NCBI GenBank assembly: GCA_001029735.1
Contig: CP011213.1
Span: 656,298 to 720,297, forward strand
DNA from: Berkelbacteria bacterium GW2011_GWE1_39_12
GTDB lineage: Bacteria; Patescibacteriota; UBA1384; UBA12157
Reading direction: 5' to 3'
Length of the DNA: 64,000 bases
Both the position numbers and the translations under genes were made by a program. Position 1 is the first letter of the stretch. The number at the start of each line of letters is the position of its first letter. Shown here piece by piece: positions 1-9,242 of the stretch. The notes under the pieces were generated by a model. That model was not told the origin of the DNA and did not search any database. It saw nothing but the letters and a program-made list of their open reading frames with translations.

Positions 1-246
1 GTTTTACTTGCTTTAACGTGGTTCGGTTTGGTGATTTCAATGATCATATCGACGCTTCTACTTCCGCCAAGGCCGCGAGGCATGGGAAGACGTAAAAGTT
101 TTGAAATGCTGGCTCAATGGGTACTAACGCCGATTACTGCCATCTTTTTCAGTTCTCTGCCAGCAATCGATGCTCAAACTCGATTTATGCTAGGTAAATA
201 TATGACATTTTGGGTTACGGAAAAAAAGGCGGTTAAGAATGCGTAA
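1..246 (+). CDS. C-terminal part of a membrane glycosyltransferase (GT2-like), truncated by window edge
   Basis: Hydrophobic ORF ending PAIDAQTRFMLGKYMTFWVTEK; overlaps start of the next gene. Confidence 0.55.
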   Translation, partial: VLLALTWFGLVISMIISTLLLPPRPRGMGRRKSFEMLAQWVLTPITAIFFSSLPAIDAQTRFMLGKYMTFWVTEKKAVKNA

Positions 247-1954
247 ATGGCTAGTGGCTATTTTGGTGGGAGTCTTTCTAGGCGCATTTGCTTTGCAAAT
301 TTATGCTGCCAAATCTGATTCACAGACTACTGACGAAGCGATCCATCTCGTGGCAGGCTATACATATTTAACCAAAGGTGATTTTCGATTAGATCCAGAA
401 CACCCGCCTTTGATAAAAGAATTATCAGCACTGCCGTTACTCCTTGCTAACCTTCGTACAGATTTTACCTCAATGTGGGACAATGCTGGCAATTATTATT
501 ATGACTCTTGGCAAGAAGCAAGAGTATTGGGCGAAAAGCTTCTTTATGGCTGGGGGAATGATGCCGGTAAAGTTTTATTATTAGGTCGACTTGCGCCAAT
601 ATTACTCACTTTGATTTTGGGCTTTTTTGCTTTCTTTTGGGCAAAGAAATTGTATGGGGAAAAAGCCGGTGTCTTAGCGGCTTTTTTAGTTTTATTTTTT
701 CCCAATATTTTATCCCACGGTCATTTGATCAATACCGACTTAGGATTAACTTTATTTACCTTGATCGCTGTGTACTTCTGGGGTAAATTTCTAAAGCATA
801 TAAATATAAAAGAAAATTGGTTAAATTTATTATTGGCTGGGATTTTTTCAGGCCTCGCTATGGCATCCAAGTTTACTGCTATAATACTATTTTTTATTCT
901 TTTAATTTTAGCGATTGTGAAATTAGCCCAAGATAAAAAACAATATGCAACGGCGTTTTTTAGTTATTTATTAGTTTTAGTGATTTCATTTTTTGTCGTT
1001 TGGTCAACCTATGGTTTCTCATTGCAATCGCCGCCAGAAATAAAGGAGGGCTTGTCGGAAAAAGTTACTTTTGAAATTAGAAATTTTAATAAATTTTATG
1101 ATAGTTTTGATGTGTTTCAGTCAGAAAACTCCGCAGAAGTGCCAAGCCAATACAATAATGTTTATGCTTTCGTCCGTCCTGTTTTAATTCCTGCAGATTT
1201 TTTTAAAGGTTTTGTTTTTGTTACCACTCATGCTTTGGGCGGTCACGGCTCATTTCTTTTGGGTATGAATTCCAATGACGGCTGGTGGTATTATTTTCCG
1301 GTCGCTATTTTTTTTAAAACACCTATCCCGATTTTTATCTTATTTACATTGGCGATTATCTACCGAAAAAAATTAAGTGCCAAAGATAATTTTGACGAGT
1401 TGTTGTTGATAATGCCGCCGGCCATCTATTTAACGCTTGCCATGGTTTCCAAAGCTGATCTTGGTATAAGACATATTTTGCCGATTTTTCCTTTTATCTT
1501 TATTTATATTTCAAAAACGATTAATATTTTTCATTTTTCAAGAAAAAATTGGTTAAAAGTAATCGTCGCCGTCTCCGTTGTCTGGTATTTAGTAAGTGCT
1601 TTAATTTCTTTCCCTGATTATTTGTCGTACTTTAACGAATTTGCACTAGGTCCAAAAAATGGTCATAAAATTTTGACTGACTCTAATTTAGATTGGGGAC
1701 AAGATATTTATCGTGTCAAAACCTATATTGATCAAAATAATGTTGAAGTTAGTTATATGACATATCCATGGGATGGTCAGATGGCACTTAATTATTACGG
1801 CTTAAATTATCCGGAATTAAAGCCGGACAATACCAATGCAAAAGGCTATGTCATAATTTCTGCAACTTATTACGAAACGAACGCCTACAAGTGGATTAAA
1901 CAGTATCCGGCCAAACAAATTACGCCTGGTGTTTATTTGGTTGATATTAATTAA
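239..1954 (+). CDS. ArnT/PMT-like (GT39/GT83) membrane glycosyltransferase
   Basis: Multi-TM; TTDEAIH, EHPPL, DSNLDWGQD motifs. Confidence 0.8.
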   Translation: MRKWLVAILVGVFLGAFALQIYAAKSDSQTTDEAIHLVAGYTYLTKGDFRLDPEHPPLIKELSALPLLLANLRTDFTSMWDNAGNYYYDSWQEARVLGEKLLYGWGNDAGKVLLLGRLAPILLTLILGFFAFFWAKKLYGEKAGVLAAFLVLFFPNILSHGHLINTDLGLTLFTLIAVYFWGKFLKHINIKENWLNLLLAGIFSGLAMASKFTAIILFFILLILAIVKLAQDKKQYATAFFSYLLVLVISFFVVWSTYGFSLQSPPEIKEGLSEKVTFEIRNFNKFYDSFDVFQSENSAEVPSQYNNVYAFVRPVLIPADFFKGFVFVTTHALGGHGSFLLGMNSNDGWWYYFPVAIFFKTPIPIFILFTLAIIYRKKLSAKDNFDELLLIMPPAIYLTLAMVSKADLGIRHILPIFPFIFIYISKTINIFHFSRKNWLKVIVAVSVVWYLVSALISFPDYLSYFNEFALGPKNGHKILTDSNLDWGQDIYRVKTYIDQNNVEVSYMTYPWDGQMALNYYGLNYPELKPDNTNAKGYVIISATYYETNAYKWIKQYPAKQITPGVYLVDIN

Positions 1955-2044
1955 GGCCAGGTTGATTTATTGTTGGTTTTAAGATATAATTGGTATGCTA
2001 AATACGGAAAATCTATTTTTGCTATAATGAGTATGAAGATATTT

Positions 2045-2122
<78 letters not shown>

Positions 2123-2196
2123 GCGGGTGTAGCTCAATGGTAGAGCGCGAGTTTTCCAAACTTGATACGAGAGTTCGATTCTCTTCACCCGCTCCA
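2123..2196 (+). tRNA. tRNA-Gly(TCC)
   Basis: Anticodon arm CGAGT-TTTCCAA-ACTTG, CCA end. Confidence 0.96.
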
Positions 2197-2207
2197 CTGA
2201 TTATTTT

Positions 2208-2303
2208 GCGCCCGTAGTAAAGCTTAAATTTTTCGAATTTGAATAGCAGGTCGCTTTCGCGCCCGTAGATAGCTAATTCTTTCAGAATTTAATAACAGTG
2301 CGC
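2208..2303 (+). repeat. Two tandem ~47-bp hairpin units each starting with the tRNA-Arg 5' end (GCGCCCGTAG)
   Basis: GCGCCCGTAG at 2208, 2259 and 2307; homologous unit at 16918-16966. Confidence 0.85.
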
Positions 2304-2306
2304 TTT

Positions 2307-2382
2307 GCGCCCGTAGCTCAGCGGATAGAGCGCAGGGTTTCTAACCCTAAGGTCGTAGGTTCGAGTCCTACCGGGCGCACCA
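2307..2382 (+). tRNA. tRNA-Arg(TCT)
   Basis: Anticodon loop TTTCTAA, GTTCGAGTC, CCA end. Confidence 0.95.
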
Positions 2383-2438
2383 AAATTATTATTAATTAAA
2401 CCAGCCAAAAGCTGTTTTTTGTTTCTCTAGAGGAAATT

Positions 2439-3461
2439 ATGCGTACAAAAATTATTTGTTCCATCGGTCCAAATACCGAAAGCCCAGAAAAAATTAAAGA
2501 ATTAATTGAAAACGGCATGGGTGTGGCGAGAATGAACTTCTCTCACGACAGCCATGAGAATCATGCCAAAAGAATTGATCTTGTTAGAAAATGGTCAAAA
2601 AAATTAAAGAAAAATGTCGAAATTCTTTGCGATTTACAGGGTCCAAAAATCCGAATTGCTGATTTTAAAGATGCTCCGCGAAAAATTCATGATGGACAAA
2701 AAGTTGTTTTAACATCAAATATTGCAGAAGCAGTGGACAAAGAAATCATGATAAATGATCCCTATGTTCACTCAGACGTTAAGCCAAAAGACATTATTTT
2801 AATTGAAGACGGTTTAATTGAATTGGTAGTCGAAAAAGTTATTGACCATAGGATGTATTGCAAGGTAATTCGTGGCGGTGATATTTATCCTAAAAAAGGC
2901 GTAAACTTACCACTTACTAAGACAACCACCAATTCGATTACAGATAAAGACAAAAAGGATTTAGAGTTTATTTTAACTAAGAATCCTGATTGGGTTGCGA
3001 TTTCATTTGTTCAGACTGAAGAAGATGTAAAACAGCTTCGCCAGCTAATGGGCAACAGCAAAGCTCGTGTTATGTGTAAAATTGAAACTGCTGTTGCCTT
3101 CGATAATATCGATTCCATTATTCGGGCAGCTGACGGCATTATGGTGGCAAGAGGCGATTTAGGTGTAGAAATGCCATTTGAAAAGTTACCAATTTTACAA
3201 AAACAAATCATAAAAAGATGCAATTACGAGGGTAAGCCGGTGGTAACTGCGACTCAAATGCTTTCCTCAATGGTTTCAGCCCCATTCGCCACTCGCGCTG
3301 AAGTTTCAGATATTGCGAATGCTGTTTACGACGGAACTGATGCAGTTATGATGTCAAATGAAACAACTGTTGGCAAATATCCAGTTGAAGCATTAATTAC
3401 AATGAGAAAAGTTGTTGAAGCGATTGAAGATTACATCTATCATCGAGAAAACAAACTGTAA
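2439..3461 (+). CDS. pyk: Pyruvate kinase (short form lacking the C-terminal domain)
   Basis: RTKIICSIGP, ARMNFSH, DLQGPKIR, IMVARGDLGVE, ATQMLSSM. Confidence 0.95.
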   Translation: MRTKIICSIGPNTESPEKIKELIENGMGVARMNFSHDSHENHAKRIDLVRKWSKKLKKNVEILCDLQGPKIRIADFKDAPRKIHDGQKVVLTSNIAEAVDKEIMINDPYVHSDVKPKDIILIEDGLIELVVEKVIDHRMYCKVIRGGDIYPKKGVNLPLTKTTTNSITDKDKKDLEFILTKNPDWVAISFVQTEEDVKQLRQLMGNSKARVMCKIETAVAFDNIDSIIRAADGIMVARGDLGVEMPFEKLPILQKQIIKRCNYEGKPVVTATQMLSSMVSAPFATRAEVSDIANAVYDGTDAVMMSNETTVGKYPVEALITMRKVVEAIEDYIYHRENKL

Positions 3462-3508
3462 AATTTAGCTTGAGAAAATGCCCTTTTTCTGGTAGAATAA
3501 GGGAGTAT

Positions 3509-3584
3509 GGTGGTCGTAGCTCAATGGCAGAGCTCCAGTTTGTGGCACTGGAGGTTGACGGTTCGAGTCCGTTCGACCACCCCA
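3509..3584 (+). tRNA. tRNA-His(GTG)
   Basis: Encoded G-1, anticodon arm CCAGT-TTGTGGC-ACTGG, C73-CCA. Confidence 0.96.
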
Positions 3585-3716
3585 CAAAAAATCAAGGTGT
3601 TAAAGCCTTGATTTTTTGTATCTGTATTGTTGAGAATTTTCTAAACTTGTATAATAAGAATGTATTAATTAAGAAAAAAGAAAATTGCGCGGCAGTAAAG
3701 CAAATAAAGGAGAACG

Positions 3717-4073
3717 ATGTTGTATACTATTACCAGGTGGATTATCAATGCTTTAGTCTTAATGGTGATTCCTTATTATGTAAGGGGCGTGGAAATCGGT
3801 AATTTTCTCACAGCATTGATTGCGTCTTTAGCCTTGGCACTGGTTAACTCGGTTATTAGACCTATTATACTCTTGCTAACACTACCATTGAACGTATTAA
3901 CGCTGGGTCTTTTTACTTTTGTGATAAATGGTTTGATGTTCTGGTTTGTTGCTTCTTTTGTGAAGGGCTTTGATATCTCAGGGTTTTGGCCGGCATTTTG
4001 GGCTGCCCTGGTTTATTCAATATTTTCTATTGTAATAAATTACTTTATTGGGCCAAAAGAAGAAAGAATTTAA
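3717..4073 (+). CDS. YvlD-like 4-TM membrane protein (phage holin family 4_2)
   Basis: RPIILLLTLPLNVLTLGLFTFVING motif; AAGGAG SD. Confidence 0.85.
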   Translation: MLYTITRWIINALVLMVIPYYVRGVEIGNFLTALIASLALALVNSVIRPIILLLTLPLNVLTLGLFTFVINGLMFWFVASFVKGFDISGFWPAFWAALVYSIFSIVINYFIGPKEERI

Positions 4074-4078
4074 TAAAT

Positions 4079-4984
4079 ATGACCGTTATTGAAGTTAAAA
4101 ATCTAAGTAAAAGTTTTGGTAAAGTTAGGGCTGTCGAAGATCTAAATTTTTCAGTGGAAAAGGGTGAGATATTCGGTTTTTTGGGCCCGAATGGTGCTGG
4201 TAAAACCACGACAATAAGATGTATCATGGATTTTGTTAAACCCACAAGTGGTGAAATTAAACTATTGGATAGGAATGCTAACATCAACTCGCACTGCCTA
4301 AAAAATAAGATCGGTTATTTGCCGGGCAATGTTAAACTTTATGAGTCCTGGTCAGGGAGTGATCATTTTTCTCTTTTAGAAGCGATAAGTGGGAAATCTA
4401 ATAATCTATCCATGCTTGTTGAAAAATTAGACTTTAATCCTGGAATGAAAGCATACCAACTTTCTAGTGGAAATCGCCAAAAATTGGGTTTAATTATGGC
4501 ACTTATGCATGAACCAGAAATACTAATCATGGACGAGCCCACTGTCGGATTAGACCCTTTATTACAAAACACGATTTACGATATTCTAGAAGATCTAAGA
4601 TCCAAGGGAACAAGTATTTTTATGTCTTCGCATAATTTACCTGAAGTGGAAAGGCTTTGTAACCGAGTTGGAATAATAAAAGACGGAAAGATGATCGCTC
4701 AAGAAAGTATTGATAACCTAAGATCAAAACGGATTCACAGAATTACGATTAATTTTAATGATAAATTTGCAATACAGGATTTTGTTTTTGATAGCGTAGA
4801 AGTTGTTGAAACTTTTCCTGATAGAATTGTCCTTTCGACAAAGGGAGACATCAATCCTTTGATAAAAAAGCTTTCAAATTACGAAATTCAAGATATTAGT
4901 ATTGAGCATGCTTCATTAGAAGAGGTGTTTCTGGAATTTTATGCGAAAGACAAGACTCAAAAGGAGGATAAATGTGGTCAATAA
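4079..4984 (+). CDS. ABC transporter ATP-binding protein
   Basis: GPNGAGKTT, LSSGNRQK, DEPT; ATG at 4079 preferred. Confidence 0.93.
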   Translation: MTVIEVKNLSKSFGKVRAVEDLNFSVEKGEIFGFLGPNGAGKTTTIRCIMDFVKPTSGEIKLLDRNANINSHCLKNKIGYLPGNVKLYESWSGSDHFSLLEAISGKSNNLSMLVEKLDFNPGMKAYQLSSGNRQKLGLIMALMHEPEILIMDEPTVGLDPLLQNTIYDILEDLRSKGTSIFMSSHNLPEVERLCNRVGIIKDGKMIAQESIDNLRSKRIHRITINFNDKFAIQDFVFDSVEVVETFPDRIVLSTKGDINPLIKKLSNYEIQDISIEHASLEEVFLEFYAKDKTQKEDKCGQ

Positions 4985-5772
4985 TAAAAAGAAATTTCAG
5001 GGACAGAAGGGGATCGCTATTGATATATAGCGCCTTTTCGGTAGCACTACTTTGGATGTATATTGCCCTATATCCTTCATTTTCAAATCAAACTGGCTCT
5101 TTGGAACAACTGATAGCATCTTACCCCGAAGGTTTTTTAAAAGCTTTTAATTTCGACATAAAAAGTTTTACAACGGTCGAAGGTTTTTTGGCAACGGAAC
5201 AATTTTCTTTTGTGTGGCCGCTGCTTGTAATACTTTTATCGTTAAGTTTCTCGGGAAGTGCTTTTTCTGGTGAAATTGAGGATGGGACAATGCAGATTCT
5301 CTTATCTCAGCCAATAAGTCGACTCAAACTTTTTTTTAGTAAATATCTATCCGGGCTTTTGATGATAATTCTCTTTACTTTTATATCTATCTACACGGTC
5401 ATTCCTTTAAATATGATATATGACATTCCCTATAAATCCGATAATTTCTTTACTTTGATGATTTTGGCTTTGCTCTTTGCGTGGTCAATTTATTCAATTG
5501 GCATTTTTTTCTCTTCAATCTTTTCTAAAAAAGGTAAAGTTTTGTTTGTTACGGGAATGATTTTAGTTGTAATGTATGTGTTGAATATAATTTCGAGCAT
5601 CAAAGATAGTTTGAGTGATTTGAAATATTTTTCTTTTTTTTATTATTTCAATCCAGCAAAAGCACTTGTATATAACCAGGTTGACTACTGGTCTTATTTG
5701 GCTTTTGGTATAGTTATTATCTTTTGTAGTGTGGCGGGTTTGATCTATTTTAACAAAAGAGATGCTATTTAG
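4972..5772 (+). CDS. ABC-2 type permease
   Basis: 6 TM, GEIEDGTMQILLSQPISR; coupled to ATPase. Confidence 0.88.
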   Translation: MWSIIKRNFRDRRGSLLIYSAFSVALLWMYIALYPSFSNQTGSLEQLIASYPEGFLKAFNFDIKSFTTVEGFLATEQFSFVWPLLVILLSLSFSGSAFSGEIEDGTMQILLSQPISRLKLFFSKYLSGLLMIILFTFISIYTVIPLNMIYDIPYKSDNFFTLMILALLFAWSIYSIGIFFSSIFSKKGKVLFVTGMILVVMYVLNIISSIKDSLSDLKYFSFFYYFNPAKALVYNQVDYWSYLAFGIVIIFCSVAGLIYFNKRDAI

Positions 5773-5799
5773 CACATCTCTTTTATTAGTTTTGAGTTT

Positions 5800-6696
5800 T
5801 TAATTTGAGGGTTCTACATTGATACTTGACGCACCGGCACTAATAGTCAAAGTTATTTTGGTATTTGTTTGATCAAAATTAGGGCTTAGGTATGTTTGAT
5901 TATCGATTTTATTATAACCTTCAAAGTTCTTGCCCGTAAGCCCTGTTTTAGCGATAATCTTAACACCTAATTCTTTTGGCGTTTTGATAGTCACGCTGGA
6001 AGCTCCTGTTTCAATGCTTATATTACTTCCGTTTATTACTTCCCCAAGCGTAATATTCATACTTGAAGCACCACTATTTACGTCCAAATTACTTAAAGAA
6101 ATTTTTGAAAAATCTAAGTTCATACTTGCTGCGCCAGCGTTAATAATTAAATCAATTGGAATTTTATCTGTTATTTCGATATTTAATATATTTTTGCCCC
6201 AGACAGAATTGTTAATCTTTGTACTCTTTAAAATAACCGTTGCAGTATCGCCTGATATTGTGGTACTTATATCTGGCTGGTTGTAATTGGAAACTAGGTT
6301 TCCATTAATCAGTTGATTACCATTATCTTTGATATTTAATTCGACTGCGCCTGTGTTGATGATTATTTTCGCTTTTTTTACCTCAGACGGTAAATTCTGC
6401 GAAAAATCATAGGTCTGGCTCGGTCTAGAGAAGATGCGGTTATCTTTATTGACTTTAAAATCACTCGCATTTAATGACACAAAATATATTAGCGCAATAG
6501 CCGCAATAAATGAAATAAGAATAATTAACCAGTTGAACCTGATATGTCTTACCATTAATGTAATACCAAAGAGAATTAATATTAATGGCCAAAATTTTGA
6601 TAATTGGTCAAAATTATCAAATCCCCAAACATTGAAATTTTGTCCAAGAATTATTAAACCGATCACCAAAATTAATAAGCCCCAAAACCATTTCAT
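5800..6696 (-). CDS. LiaI/LiaF-like (DUF5668) membrane protein with C-terminal beta-rich repeats
   Basis: N-terminal FWPLILILFG TM motif, repeated GA-S strands; follows pspC-like gene. Confidence 0.7.
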   Translation of the reverse strand: MKWFWGLLILVIGLIILGQNFNVWGFDNFDQLSKFWPLILILFGITLMVRHIRFNWLIILISFIAAIALIYFVSLNASDFKVNKDNRIFSRPSQTYDFSQNLPSEVKKAKIIINTGAVELNIKDNGNQLINGNLVSNYNQPDISTTISGDTATVILKSTKINNSVWGKNILNIEITDKIPIDLIINAGAASMNLDFSKISLSNLDVNSGASSMNITLGEVINGSNISIETGASSVTIKTPKELGVKIIAKTGLTGKNFEGYNKIDNQTYLSPNFDQTNTKITLTISAGASSINVEPSN

Positions 6697-6790
6697 ATTT
6701 TCTCCTTAGAAAATTTCGCGATAAGTTTTAACTTAGCCATATGTTCTCCTTTAGAAAAATCCGCGATAATTTTTAATAAAAAATTGTCTA
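6693..6790 (-). repeat. Two tandem copies of hairpin-GCGGAATTT-SD leader cassette
   Basis: ATCGCG(G/A)A(A/T)TTTTCTAA(A)GGAGAA twice; other copies at 37392, 50545, 51026. Confidence 0.8.
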
Positions 6791-7276
6791 TTCTGCTTTC
6801 TTTCGTCCGCTTGAAATAATAATTAAGCCGATTGTAATCAGTATTAATGGCCAGAATCTGCCCCAGCTAAACCATGGGAAAATATTGTTAAACAATAGCA
6901 TTAAACCGAAAACCAGAACAATCAAGCCGAAAATTATACTGCCGGATTTTTTCTCGTGATCATACTGATTAGCATAATTATTAGATTTATACTTTACCTC
7001 TTCAGCAACTGATCTAGTATTCGCTTGGAATTTATCTTTGATTTTTTCTTTATCTTTTTTTAGATCTTTTGCTTCTTTTTCGATTTCGTCCCCGTTTTCA
7101 TCGGGAATAAGGAAAATTCCTAAAATATAAAGAATTACACCGATACCGCCCCAAATAGTTAAAATTATAAAAATAATACGGACAATAACAGGATCGATCT
7201 CAAAATATTCGCCTAAACCTTGGGCGACGCCAAAAAGCACCCTTCCTTTTTTTGGTCTAACTAATTCCTTGGTCAT
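6788..7276 (-). CDS. PspC domain membrane protein
   Basis: GRVLFGVAQGLGEYFEIDPVIVRIIF PspC signature. Confidence 0.88.
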   Translation of the reverse strand: MTKELVRPKKGRVLFGVAQGLGEYFEIDPVIVRIIFIILTIWGGIGVILYILGIFLIPDENGDEIEKEAKDLKKDKEKIKDKFQANTRSVAEEVKYKSNNYANQYDHEKKSGSIIFGLIVLVFGLMLLFNNIFPWFSWGRFWPLILITIGLIIISSGRKKAE

Positions 7277-7294
7277 ACGTCTCCTAATATTAAT

Positions 7295-7990
7295 TTATTT
7301 ATTATCTAATCCAATCAAATCATAAATTTTTTCAGAAGGAATATCAATGTATTTTCCGACAGGAATTCCATCCAGCTTTATTTTCCCAATTCTTATTCTA
7401 ACCAGCTTGGTGACATTTAGGTTGAAATTTTCGCACATTCTACGCACCTGGCGTTTGCGACCTTCAACAATGGTAATACGAAAGCTTCTTTCACTTAATT
7501 TTTCTAGCTTTGCCGGCAAGGTTTTTCGGCCTTCCAACATTATGCCATTTCTTAATTTATTTAAGAAAGTTTCATCGATTGTTTTATCCACTGAAACTTC
7601 GTATTCCTTTTCAACTACTTTCCCTTTGAGAATTTTTTGCGTTAAATCACCGTCGTTTGTCAAAAGGATTAATCCCTCAGACTTGACGTCTAATCTTCCA
7701 ACTGGAAAGACTCGCTCCGGAATCTTAATATAGCTCATTATATTATCTTTGGCGGTTGTATCTGTGGTGCTGATCACCCCTAACGGTTTATTAAAAGCTA
7801 AATAGATATTTTTAGGTTTTGTGTGAGGGATAATTTTTTTATCAACTGATACTTCATCATTGTCACTAACTTTATCTGTCGCAATTGCAATACGACCATT
7901 AATAAAGACTCGTTTCTCTTTAATTAGACGATCTGCTTGTCTTCGTGAGCAAAGGCCAGACGAAGAAATAAATTTATTAATGTTTGTCAT
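7295..7990 (-). CDS. 23S rRNA pseudouridine synthase (RluB/RluF/RsuA family)
   Basis: S4 domain, GRLD catalytic motif, EGRKRQVRRM. Confidence 0.92.
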   Translation of the reverse strand: MTNINKFISSSGLCSRRQADRLIKEKRVFINGRIAIATDKVSDNDEVSVDKKIIPHTKPKNIYLAFNKPLGVISTTDTTAKDNIMSYIKIPERVFPVGRLDVKSEGLILLTNDGDLTQKILKGKVVEKEYEVSVDKTIDETFLNKLRNGIMLEGRKTLPAKLEKLSERSFRITIVEGRKRQVRRMCENFNLNVTKLVRIRIGKIKLDGIPVGKYIDIPSEKIYDLIGLDNK

Positions 7991-8025
7991 ATTTTTGTAA
8001 TTTTCGCAATCAAATTTATCATTTA

Positions 8026-8610
8026 TTATTTATCTTTGATTTCAATTTTTTCAATTTTATCGCCGACGGCAATTTGCTTAACTACATCAATACCGGAAGT
8101 CACTTTACCAAATAGACTGTACTGCTTTGGAAGTGAGGGAAGGTTATCTAGACATATAAAAAATTGAGAGCCGTTAGTATCTGGGCCTGAATTGGCCATA
8201 GCAACAGAACCGAGTTCGTAATCGCCTTGTACGGTTTCATCTTCAAACTTGTATCCTGGGCCACCAGTGCCATTACCATTTGGATCTCCGCCTTGGATCA
8301 CGAAGCCTGGTTCAACACGATGAAAAGTTAAGCCATCGTAAAACTTACTATTTGCCAGATAGACAAAATTACTGACAGTTTTTGGTGACTTGTCAGCGAA
8401 GAGTTCAAATTCAATCACGCCTTTATTGGTAGTAATGACTGCTTTTTTGTTTTCGATTTTGTCTTTGCTTAAGATTCCGGGAAAACTTAGGTTCATGATT
8501 GGGTCCTTGCTAGTACCATTAATTGGCTCATCAGATACTTGGCTATCACAGCCGCTGAATAAAAATAAAAAGCCGATAATTAGTGGTAGTAAAAATAATT
8601 TTTTATACAT
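8026..8610 (-). CDS. Cyclophilin-type peptidyl-prolyl isomerase, probable lipoprotein
   Basis: FHRVEPGFVIQGGDP, MANSGPDTNGSQFFI; lipobox-like FSGC. Confidence 0.93.
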   Translation of the reverse strand: MYKKLFLLPLIIGFLFLFSGCDSQVSDEPINGTSKDPIMNLSFPGILSKDKIENKKAVITTNKGVIEFELFADKSPKTVSNFVYLANSKFYDGLTFHRVEPGFVIQGGDPNGNGTGGPGYKFEDETVQGDYELGSVAMANSGPDTNGSQFFICLDNLPSLPKQYSLFGKVTSGIDVVKQIAVGDKIEKIEIKDK

Positions 8611-8754
8611 TGTAATCACATTTTACAACTTAACAGATGTTTTTTCAAGTCTTGGTAATTAAAAAATCCGCTTTGAGAAATCTTTCGATAAATCTTAGCG
8701 GATCTTTTAATTCCTTGTTCCAAAAGGTTAAAAACCTTTAGAAACAAGCTCTAC

Positions 8755-9024
8755 TTAGCGTCGTTCGCGCATTGGTCTGGCAACGTTGACGGTCAAAGGT
8801 CGACCTTCAATTTCTTTGCCATTCATGGCTTCGACAGCTTTGTTTGCAGCTTCTTCATCTTTTAATGTGACGAAGCCGAAACCTTTTGAGCGTCCGGAAA
8901 ATTTGTCAGTGATGACTTTGGCTTCAACTACTTCACCGAATTCGGCGAAAAGTTGTCCCAAACCTTCATCATTGGTGCTGTATGGGAGGTTTCCAACATA
9001 CAGTTTGTTCTTTTGTTCTTCCAT
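8755..9024 (-). CDS. RRM RNA-binding protein
   Basis: RNP2 LYVGNL, RNP1 KGFGFVTL. Confidence 0.95.
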   Translation of the reverse strand: MEEQKNKLYVGNLPYSTNDEGLGQLFAEFGEVVEAKVITDKFSGRSKGFGFVTLKDEEAANKAVEAMNGKEIEGRPLTVNVARPMRERR

Positions 9025-9135
9025 TTTTCTTTCTTACTCTACCTATAAAGGCAGAGTGGAATTTTACTAATCGACCCCGGTTGACTTTCTCGGGGTATTT
9101 GCATACGCACGAGTACTTTCAATCCGTCGCTACAA

Positions 9136-9164
9136 TCATAACATAGATAAGAGGCAATGTCAAG
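9136..9164 (-). promoter_or_regulatory. Sigma70 promoter for the RRM gene
   Basis: TTGACA-17nt-TATGAT on minus strand. Confidence 0.7.
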
Positions 9165-9242
9165 GTCTGAAACAGGTTTGAAAGATTGACTTTTCTAAAA
9201 ACATTAGGTAGAATATATAAGTTAGTACAAATGAGGAGAAAT

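Noticed and set aside
3717-4073. Prophage suggested by holin-family gene
   Set aside because: YvlD-like proteins are common chromosomal membrane proteins, and no phage structural or lysis genes are adjacent
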